A stretch of 62,943 bases of DNA, counting the filler, from Trichomonas gallinae (lineage: Eukaryota), in the NCBI GenBank assembly GCA_008369845.1. It is 11 parts of 11 records of this genome, joined end to end, with 100 filler letters (N's around TTAATTAATTAA, not from the genome) between each part and the next. Parts side by side here need not be neighbours in the genome. Positions count along the whole stretch, not along the records: positions 51,514 to 55,826 come from MRSU01000279.1; positions 55,927 to 56,991 come from MRSU01000288.1; positions 57,092 to 59,603 come from MRSU01000293.1; positions 59,704 to 60,793 come from MRSU01000295.1; positions 60,894 to 62,943 come from MRSU01000299.1; 6 more parts are not named here. One strand, given 5' to 3'. The position numbers and the translations under genes were made by a program. Every line of letters starts with the position of its first letter. Position 1 is the first letter of the stretch. Positions 54,859 through 62,943 of the stretch are shown here, piece by piece. The notes below the pieces were generated by a model. That model was not told the origin of the DNA. It made no database searches and saw nothing but the letters and a program-made list of their open reading frames with translations.

Positions 54859-55206
54859 ATATATATCATTGAATATTATTATTCTTTTGTAACAAAATTT
54901 CAAAATGGTTACGACTATTTTTTACTATAACATCTGAAGCAATGATATAAGTAGATTAAACATGAACTGTTATGTAATGATAGTTTTAGGTAACATGTGA
55001 ATTCATAGATTTTTGCGATCGTATAAGGTTATTTAATATGAATTCACGACTGTCAAAACTTTATTTATTGTAATCGCTTCAGATTATTCCTTTAAATCAG
55101 CAGATAAATATAACATCTATAACATGTGAGTATCTCTATTGGAAATTTTTCTGAGTAATATTTTTTCGATAGATTCATTGAAAATCAAACACATCACTTT
55201 AGAATC

Positions 55207-55826
55207 ATGCAGATTCCACAGGTTGGCTTCGGAACATTCCTCGCAAGCGATCCAACAAAACTGAAGAACGCACTCAAGATTGCCATCGAAGAATGCGGCG
55301 TTAGATCAATTGACTGCGCCTGGATTTATATGAATCAGACAGTCGTCGGCGAAACACTCAAAGAAATCTTCGCAAAAGGCAAGATTCACAGGAATGACTT
55401 GTTCATTACATCAAAGCTTTGGTGCACAAGCCACAGGAAGGATCTTGTTGAACCAGAATTACGTGACACATTGAAGCAACTCGGCCTCGACTACATCGAT
55501 TTGTATTTAATCCACCAGCCAGTTGCCCTCAAGTCTGGTTCAAAGGACCCATTCCCAAAGAACTCAAAAGGTAAAATCCATCTTGACCAAATCGACATCC
55601 TTGAGACTTGGAAGGCCATGGAAGAGGTCCAGAAGAAGGGATTGACAAAACATATTGGGGTTTCAAACTTTTCGCTCGAAATGCTCGAAAGAATCAAGTA
55701 CAACTGCGAGATTATGCCATATGCAATCCAAGTTGAGGCTAATATTTACAGGCAAAACAAGCCACTCCTCAGATACTGCGAGGAGAACAACATCTACTTG
55801 ATGGCACACACAACAATCGGACATCC
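55207..55826 (+). CDS. Aldo-keto reductase, 3' truncated by gap
   Basis: IPQVGFGT, IDCAWIY, FITSKLW, DLYLIH, IGVSNF; catalytic D/Y/K/H present; Inr TCACT upstream. Confidence 0.93.
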
Positions 55827-55926
55827 NNNNNNNNNNNNNNNNNNNNNNNNNNNNNNNNNNNNNNNNNNNNTTAATTAATTAANNNNNNNNNNNNNNNNNN
55901 NNNNNNNNNNNNNNNNNNNNNNNNNN
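55827..55926. other. Artificial contig linker
   Basis: Same spacer. Confidence 0.97.
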
Positions 55927-55928
55927 TT

Positions 55929-56991
55929 AAGGAACGTGCTCTCGATGAGCTTCCAGTCATCGAGGACATGTCAGAAGAGCTCGAGAAGCAGCTCGCTGTT
56001 GCCGAGGAAGCAATCACAGAACGTGAGCGCTTGAACGCCGCTAACGAGGAGAAGAACAACGCCTTAGCTGAAGAGCTCGAAGCTAAGCAAGCCGAGATCG
56101 AAGTCAAGGAGCGCTCTCTCGAAGCACTCCCAGAAGTCGACGACAACAGCGCTGAACTCGACTCCAAGCTCGAGGAGCTTTCTAAGCAGCTTGCAGATAA
56201 GGAGAAGAAGAACGCAGAAACAGAGGCGAAGAACAAGGCCCTCGAAGATGAACTCCAGAAGAAGCAAGACGAACTTAACGATCTTCCAGAAGTCGAAGAC
56301 AAATCATCGGCCCTCGAGAAGGCAATTGAAGATGCTAAGCAGTCTATTGCCGACAAGGAGAAGAAGAACTCGGAGACTGATGCTAAGAACAAGTCTCTTG
56401 CCGATGAACTTTCCGAGCAAGAGCGTCTTCTTGATTCTATCGACGATGTCGAAGACAAGAGTGGTGACCTTGAGATCAAGATTGCTGATCTTAAGGGTGC
56501 CATCGAATCCAAGATGTCATCCAATTACTCTACAAGCAAGAACAACGACCGCTTAATCGAAGAAGTCCGCCATCTTGAAGACGAATTGTCCCATCTTCCA
56601 GACGTTGAAGACAAGAGCGACGATCTTCAATCTCATATTGACGATCTCAAGAAGTCTATCGACGAACGCAAGCAGAACAACGTCGATCGCACCAAGAACA
56701 ACAGCAAACTTCAACGCGAGCTTGAATCATTAGAGAAACAACTTTCCAACCTCCGCGAAGTTCCAGATGATAGCGAATCCCTTTCATCTAAGATCTCCGA
56801 TGCTCAACAGAAGTTGTCGGAAGCCGAAGCTGCTAATGCCGCCAAGGCTCAGCACAACGACGAACTTCGTGCCGAACTCGCTCGCCTCGAAGAATCTCTT
56901 GATGCAGTTGAAGATAATGCAGAAGACAGCTCCGATCTTGAATCCAAGGTCAAGGAACTTCAAGATGCGTTAGCTAACAAAGAGTCCTCCA
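55929..56991 (+). CDS. Internal fragment of a repetitive coiled-coil protein (52-aa repeats)
   Basis: Open across the whole contig; units begin LxxLP(E/D)VEDKS; strongly biased codons. Confidence 0.85.
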
Positions 56992-57091
56992 NNNNNNNNN
57001 NNNNNNNNNNNNNNNNNNNNNNNNNNNNNNNNNNNTTAATTAATTAANNNNNNNNNNNNNNNNNNNNNNNNNNNNNNNNNNNNNNNNNNNN
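56992..57091. other. Artificial contig linker
   Basis: Same spacer. Confidence 0.97.
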
Positions 57092-57535
57092 ACAAAAAGC
57101 TTCCAAACCCATATCAATACACTCCTTATCTAAAAATACATATACGTTGCCGTTGCAATTTTTACAGATCAGCTTTACATAATGAGAGAAAGTTGTTTTT
57201 TTTTACAAAAATAGCTTTTTCTCGAAAATTCCTCGTTTAATCATGGATTCTAAATTGTCACATCAAATGGATACATAATTCTTAGTAATTTTCCCTACTT
57301 ACAGTGGTAAATTTTGTATATTATAATGAAAATCTGAAAGTGAAGTGTAGCATCATAAGGAGAAATTTAGTTTATACTGAATAAATCGCATGTTTATATT
57401 AGAAAATAGCTTTTATTTGCTGATTAGATTTCATTTTTTTTAATCAGTTGTTGAACTGCCGTTCTTTGCATTTTGTTGATATATTAGACGATATAGGCAG
57501 CCGTTTTATTGGGGCAAAATTTGACCATTTCAAAA

Positions 57536-59182
57536 ATGAACGAAGACGATTTATGCAAAGTTAGTTACAATGTTGTCAAATCATACTCGCAAGAAAATTT
57601 GAAATTATTCATAGACGCCGTTGATAAAATTAAGGAACTCATTTCCAATTCCACAGATTCATATCACGATAAATTAAAACAGCTTAAATATGCAGGTGTT
57701 TTAAAAGCATTCAACGAAATTCTCCAAAATTCGATCAGTACTGAGATCCAATTTAAATTGCTACGATTATTTGATTTTTTGATACAAACTTGCTCGAAAA
57801 GAGAAGAAATAGAGATATTGTTTAAAGATGGTGTAACTAACAGCATTTTAACTTACCCATTTGACCTTACAAATATTGATGTTTTACAATCATATATGAC
57901 AATTTTAAAAGGAATCTCAATTAATTTAAAAATTATCCCTTTAGAATACATATACTCCGAAGCCCAGCATAGATGCCCAATATTTGACCACGCAATTGCG
58001 TATATTGATCATAAAGATTCAACAACAATTGCTGCAGCGAGATTTGTCGTTTTAAAGCTCTTCTTATGCAAAATACCAGAACTTACAGAGATAATTTCAT
58101 CTCCAGCAACAAAAAATCACATTGGGCACTTAATTGAACACCTAGATCCAGATGGATTCGTTTTTATTGTCGATTTCCTTAATATTGTTCCATTGGAACT
58201 TCAGGAATTTACTATCGAAAAAATTAGATCAACAATAATTTCAGGCTCATTTAGATTTTTCGCTCAAGCAATAACATATCTTATAGATTCTCCGGCAAAG
58301 TCAATGCTCATGGAAGTTATTCATGTTTACCTCGCAAAAACAACTGCACGCGATTTATTATATCTTTCTGTTCTTCTTTACTGCTTAAACAAGAACATTA
58401 TACTCGCAGACAAGGCAGACAAGCTAGGTTTAATCATTACAGGAAAATATCCAATAGTTCAGAGATTTAATAATAAACAACCGCCAAAACAAATCCAAAA
58501 AGGAAAATTATATGTAGAGCTTGGATATATACTTCAGCAGAGAACATCCTTACTCACAGTTGCTCTAATTCTCAGAATTCTTGAAAATTTAACTTCAGGT
58601 CCACCAAATATAGTTAAAAGCGTCAGACATGACGTGATTTCAGCCATCCGCAGCAGGATGAGCTACGAAGTGTTCGAAATGTTCAGCAAAGGCTCTCAGC
58701 CTCGTCAGAGAACAGACATAGAATACATTTTGTCATCAAAAGGCGAACAAAAACACAGTGAAATCACTGAGCTCATTCTACAGCTTGCCGAAATAGAGGC
58801 ATCAATGCACAGATGGAAGAAGGAGTCTTTCCAGTGGTTCAAGCTTTCTGATCTAGAGTCAGACTATGAGCAGCGTTTTGGAATTCAAGACGACATGTTT
58901 ATTTCTCTTTTTGCGAACGAAATCGAAATAGAAGAAAACAGGAGGATCAGATTATGGGACGCTATAATTGATTCAGCACAGCAAGGGAAGGACAAGAAGA
59001 CAGTCACGATATGGATCAGATCTAATGACAAGAATAAGACTCGCTCGCTGCTCTCTATAGATAAGATGAGGCAAGTCATCACTTTTCCGACAGTTACAGC
59101 AGCTTCACAATTCGAAAACGAACTGATTGGAAGACAGCTGAAATTGTGCGAAGAAGTTCTTGATGTAATTGAAGATAACTAA
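57536..59182 (+). CDS. FPL-domain protein, CLEC16A/Ema/GOP-1-like
   Basis: TNSILTYPFDLTNIDVLQSYMTILKGIS..CPIFDHAIAYIDHKDSTTIAAARFVVLKLF matches the FPL-domain pattern (NSII.H.FDF..EEV...YISFLK.LS..FPLY.EAI.F..H..SMVR.AVR). ATG at 57536. Confidence 0.65.
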   Translation: MNEDDLCKVSYNVVKSYSQENLKLFIDAVDKIKELISNSTDSYHDKLKQLKYAGVLKAFNEILQNSISTEIQFKLLRLFDFLIQTCSKREEIEILFKDGVTNSILTYPFDLTNIDVLQSYMTILKGISINLKIIPLEYIYSEAQHRCPIFDHAIAYIDHKDSTTIAAARFVVLKLFLCKIPELTEIISSPATKNHIGHLIEHLDPDGFVFIVDFLNIVPLELQEFTIEKIRSTIISGSFRFFAQAITYLIDSPAKSMLMEVIHVYLAKTTARDLLYLSVLLYCLNKNIILADKADKLGLIITGKYPIVQRFNNKQPPKQIQKGKLYVELGYILQQRTSLLTVALILRILENLTSGPPNIVKSVRHDVISAIRSRMSYEVFEMFSKGSQPRQRTDIEYILSSKGEQKHSEITELILQLAEIEASMHRWKKESFQWFKLSDLESDYEQRFGIQDDMFISLFANEIEIEENRRIRLWDAIIDSAQQGKDKKTVTIWIRSNDKNKTRSLLSIDKMRQVITFPTVTAASQFENELIGRQLKLCEEVLDVIEDN

Positions 59183-59603
59183 TAATTGTTTTGTTTGTAT
59201 TTACTAAAAATATTTCGAAAAAATCTCACATTTTTCCCTCTCAATTCGTCTGATACTCTTGCATCGATTATAGATGTTTGCATTACCCAGATTTCCCGAA
59301 GGATTCCCCTCTCCCAAATAATTTGAGAGGTATATATATAGCAATAAAATAACCGTAATTTCACATTCCCACAATGAGTCAACGACCAATATTATTGTAG
59401 CCGAACATATCCTAAGTGTTAAGAGTCTTAAAAACCACCCTTTTTATACACCGATTTCTCGATTTACCAAAACAATGAAAAAAAAAAAAAAAAAAAAAAC
59501 TAAATTATCATAAGTATCGAATTCAACTCCGTAACATATTTATCGAAAAAAATATCTAAATTTATATTTAATATCTATGCATTATGATCAATTATGCTGA
59601 TTT

Positions 59604-59703
59604 NNNNNNNNNNNNNNNNNNNNNNNNNNNNNNNNNNNNNNNNNNNNTTAATTAATTAANNNNNNNNNNNNNNNNNNNNNNNNNNNNNNNNNNNNNNNNN
59701 NNN
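59604..59703. other. Artificial contig linker
   Basis: Same spacer. Confidence 0.97.
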
Positions 59704-59705
59704 GT

Positions 59706-59783
59706 CAGCAGTTCGACATCAAGGAGCGTGGGGAGATTGATGTCAAAGGTGGCAAGATGTTCACATACTTAGTTGAACCATAA
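59706..59783 (+). CDS. C-terminal 25 codons of a class III adenylate/guanylate cyclase
   Basis: QQFDIKERGEIDVKGGKMFTYLVEP* matches the cyclase end motif (RG.I.VKG.G.M.TY.V). Confidence 0.75.
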   Translation, partial: QQFDIKERGEIDVKGGKMFTYLVEP

Positions 59784-60013
59784 TATTTCTCAATCTTATA
59801 CATTGCAATAACTTAATATTATTAAATATTGTTTGTATTTTTATGAAATAATAATTTTTTATAATCGAATTCTACAAACTGCAAGTATAGATACAATTTA
59901 TTTGTCAGTATATAGCGATTTACGCGTAACAATTTGACATGTAAATCGCATTATGATCATAGCAAAATTAGAGAAAGTGAAATTATCTCATGAAAAGCCA
60001 ATTATTTAAGTGA

Positions 60014-60580
60014 ATGGCAATGATTATCATCAACGACGTAAATAGACTTCAAAACAATCCAGAAGACGTCTACAATGATCTCAATGATATGATCAAGAGA
60101 AAAGAATGCTCACTTGACAAAATAATCAATGATTTGAAAACGAAAGAGACATCAATTATCTCTAAAGAACTCAAAAAAAGAATTTCTTTGATATATTCAG
60201 TTTTCATCCTCGAATATGGTCCAAGGCAGGATGATGGTTTTGATCAAGAATTTTATGACTTTGTCCTTAATTACGGCGTGGACACTTCACTTCCATGGAA
60301 AAATGAATCACCGAAAAGGAACATCGAAGAATTGTAGAAAATGGGAGAGAATTTTGCAAAGATCTACAACATTTGTGAAAGAATTGCACGTGAAGAGGAC
60401 CATGACGCCATGTTATTCGCCGTCAAAGAGAAATATGTTTATGTAACTAGCAAATCAGATCCTCACTATAACATCTTAATTCATGCTGCTTATGAAAACA
60501 AGCTAGATTTGATTCATTTATTGATCAAATCTAATATCGATATAAACATTAGAAGTATTCAGAATTTCGAAAAACTATAA
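60014..60580 (+). pseudogene. Ankyrin-family gene interrupted by an in-frame TAG
   Basis: ORFs 60014-60337 and 60341-60580 are in the same frame (..GAA TTG TAG AAA ATG..); the second ends in the ankyrin-like NILIHAAYENKLDLIHLLIKSNIDIN. Confidence 0.7.
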
Positions 60581-60721
60581 ATAAATCATTTTTTAATTAC
60601 TTTTTTATAGGGTTGTGAATTTCATGTTAAAATAGAGTTATTGTTAAAAACATACAAACAATATTTACAAAATCAATATTCGCAATCGAAAAATTACAAA
60701 AACAATAAAATATCAAATGTC

Positions 60722-60793
60722 TTATGGTTCAACTAAGTATGTGAACATCTTGCCACCTTTGACATCAATCTCCCCACGCTCCTTGATGTCGAA
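60722..60793 (-). CDS. C-terminal 23 codons of a second, identical cyclase copy
   Basis: Reverse complement is 72/72 identical to 59712-59783. Confidence 0.75.
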   Translation of the reverse strand, partial: FDIKERGEIDVKGGKMFTYLVEP

Positions 60794-60893
60794 NNNNNNN
60801 NNNNNNNNNNNNNNNNNNNNNNNNNNNNNNNNNNNNNTTAATTAATTAANNNNNNNNNNNNNNNNNNNNNNNNNNNNNNNNNNNNNNNNNNNN
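60794..60893. other. Artificial contig linker
   Basis: Same spacer. Confidence 0.97.
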
Positions 60894-60947
60894 GAGGCAC
60901 ATAAGATCAAGCGCCAGCAGCGCAAGGAGGAACTTGGCAACCAGTAA
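60894..60947 (+). CDS. C-terminal fragment of an unidentified, probably highly expressed gene
   Basis: EAHKIKRQQRKEELGNQ* with GC3-rich codons at the contig start. Confidence 0.5.
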   Translation, partial: EAHKIKRQQRKEELGNQ

Positions 60948-61557
60948 GTGTATCTGTTTCGTGAATAATTGTCTAATATTGCTAGTTTTTAGCATAATTT
61001 TGAAGGCGACTTCTATTGTTTTACAATTTATTTGTGAAACAATATAAAATTATCTAAAAATTACTTTACAAACTGCTGCTGGATCATTGGTCTTAGCTGG
61101 CACGGAATTTTGCACAGAATCAATTTTTACATGGATGAATATTTGATCATTCCGTTGCCGTTAACTCATTTGATCATTTTTGTATATACACATATATGAA
61201 TAACATATTAACATCCTTTATTGTCTTTTGACTGATATATGAATAATATTTGATTTATCTTTATCAGATATTATTAATATATCGTGTTTTAGACTATTTG
61301 CTGGATGTGAATATTTATAATACTATTTTCCAACCTTCAAATTGGTATTTTCAAATTAGAAAATTAAGTGTGTTTTAATACCTGATTTCATGCAATACAT
61401 AAGAATTCTCTTTAGTTGGCTAATTAATATGATATAATAATGAATTTATTATAATGAATGAAATTTTATCCTGAATTGTTACTAAGCAAATATGTATTGC
61501 TATTTGGGTTGAGATAAACAAAAATATGGGGCTTTTAAAAAGTTATATTTGTATTCT

Positions 61558-62496
61558 TTATTGTTTTGGACGATATGTTCCAATGATACATGCATGGCCA
61601 CGGTGGTGATTCTCAATGTCAGCCAACTCTTCGCATTTGAAGCCTTCCTTTGTTAATTCATCCTGAGATTCCTGGTAAATAACTTTAGGATCCTCAGTAG
61701 ATCTAACACATGATGCCTTCACGCAGAGCATGAAGCCACCTCCACTCTTAAGGAAGTTATTGGCGTTGATTGCGAAGATACGAGCCTGATCTGGTTGAGC
61801 GACATCAGCAAACAAATAATCAACCATTGGGACAAGCATGCGGTACTTGTTCGGGTATCTAGCATCGTTAATAATAGGAACAATGTTTGGACGTGACTTA
61901 GCGAGTGTTACAAGATCTCTTGCAACGCGATGCGAGAATTCAACAGCGTAAACACGACCTGTTGGTCCAACGATATCAGAAACGTGAGAAACTGTTGTAC
62001 CTGATGATGCACCAAGATATAAAACTTTTGCACCTGGGCAGATGCCGAAATTCTCGAGGCCAACGAGAAGAGCAGCACCGATCTTAGATCTGTATGGGTT
62101 CCATTCACGGTATTCTGTTGTTCCGTTTTGTCCATCGACTGTGATTAATTTTTCGTTGTAAACTGTCTTTCCTGGGACTAAATTCTGTGTAAGGAGCATA
62201 TTTCCTTTGCTTTGCTCAATAAAGACGCCAGGGAATTTATGTTCTTGAACATTTGGACCAGTCTTGACTGGAGCTGCTCCACGACCTCCACGGCCACGGC
62301 CGCCACCGCGTCCACCATCACGGCCTCCACGACCACCGCCACGGCCGCCGTCTTTGTTGAATCCACCACGGCCACCATCGCGATTTCCGCCTCCACGGCC
62401 TCCATCACGGTTGAAGCCTCCGCGGCCGCCATCGCGACCTCCACCACGGCCACCGCCGCGGCCTCCATCACGGTTGAAACCTCCGCGCCCGCTCAT
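61558..62496 (-). CDS. NOP1: Fibrillarin (rRNA 2'-O-methyltransferase)
   Basis: N-terminal GAR/RGG domain; EYREWNPYRSK, KVLYLGASSGTTVSHVSD, VYAVEFS, DVAQPDQARI. Confidence 0.97.
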   Translation of the reverse strand: MSGRGGFNRDGGRGGGRGGGRDGGRGGFNRDGGRGGGNRDGGRGGFNKDGGRGGGRGGRDGGRGGGRGRGGRGAAPVKTGPNVQEHKFPGVFIEQSKGNMLLTQNLVPGKTVYNEKLITVDGQNGTTEYREWNPYRSKIGAALLVGLENFGICPGAKVLYLGASSGTTVSHVSDIVGPTGRVYAVEFSHRVARDLVTLAKSRPNIVPIINDARYPNKYRMLVPMVDYLFADVAQPDQARIFAINANNFLKSGGGFMLCVKASCVRSTEDPKVIYQESQDELTKEGFKCEELADIENHHRGHACIIGTYRPKQ

Positions 62497-62636
62497 TCTT
62501 ATTTATTGCTAAAATTTCTTATCGTCGCCAATGATTTTAGTGTCTCTTTTTATTATGGATTTTTAGCACTATTTTTATTTATATTTTACAAAAATACACA
62601 ACTTTCTCATGATAACATTTGATTTTGCAATGATAT

Positions 62637-62845
62637 TTTATTTCTGAAATTTATAAAACTCAAAATCTGAATTAAATATTGTGGTTGTATCAATTTATTT
62701 GCAATTAGAATCGAATCATAATGTAACAATTTATCAATAACATTGTTTATTTATGAAATTTAATAAACTCACAATATGATTGAAACATTGTAATTGTATC
62801 AATATATTTACAATTAGAATCGAATTATAATATAACAATTCATCA
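62637..62845. repeat. Two diverged tandem copies (109-bp period) upstream of fibrillarin
   Basis: 62637-62736 vs 62746-62845 share TTGTATCAAT and CAATTAGAATCGAAT. Confidence 0.85.
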
Positions 62846-62943
62846 TTTTTAGATATGCAAATATTACAGTGACCCCTTTTTGAAGCCGGTAAAGGCGGTC
62901 GAAGCCGGAAACGGTTTTCTCTCAATTTTGAATACTTTGGCAA

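Noticed and set aside
55871..56524. 217-aa Ser-rich minus-strand ORF
   Set aside because: Antisense shadow of the codon-biased coiled-coil gene.
59478..59499. Poly-A run (and poly-T runs near 6385 and 39418) as retroposon tails
   Set aside because: No TSD or shared upstream body identified; homopolymers are common in AT-rich DNA.
62212..62622. Pro/Arg-rich and Thr/Ala-rich ORFs (62264-62512, 62212-62622)
   Set aside because: Antisense shadows of the fibrillarin GAR domain.

Overview
This is AT-rich, apparently intron-free eukaryotic DNA, most consistent with a trichomonad (Trichomonas-like parabasalid). The assignment is an inference from TCAY(T/A) initiator elements just upstream of ATGs, a bacterial-type glucokinase and class II aldolase, and many ankyrin, Myb and BEACH genes. 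The window is not contiguous: 11 contigs are joined by ten artificial 100-bp N/TTAATTAATTAA/N linkers, so adjacency across linkers is unreliable. It holds two truncated tRNAs (Asp-GTC, Lys-TTT) and about 25 complete or partial CDSs. These include Vps18, FKBP-TPR, C2 protein, glucokinase, a minimal BET-like bromodomain protein, AP-2 sigma, PMM, Fis1-like, UBL/UBA proteins, Kelch, an IQ pseudokinase, a degenerate biotin ligase, BEACH, aldolase, BTB-F5/8, AKR, CLEC16A-like and fibrillarin. There are also several pseudogene remnants. The signals most worth checking are: (i) a dispersed, strongly fold-back repeat family at contig ends; (ii) two convergent nucleotide-cyclase 3' ends identical up to exactly the stop codon, flanking an ankyrin gene split by one in-frame TAG; (iii) clustered TTTACRYGDCA motifs upstream of genes; (iv) a MITE-like element and transposon-like ends; (v) unusual proteins (UBL-UBA-Myb fusion, motif-degenerate biotin ligase, pseudokinase). 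I could not establish a single coherent new biological system from sequence alone.
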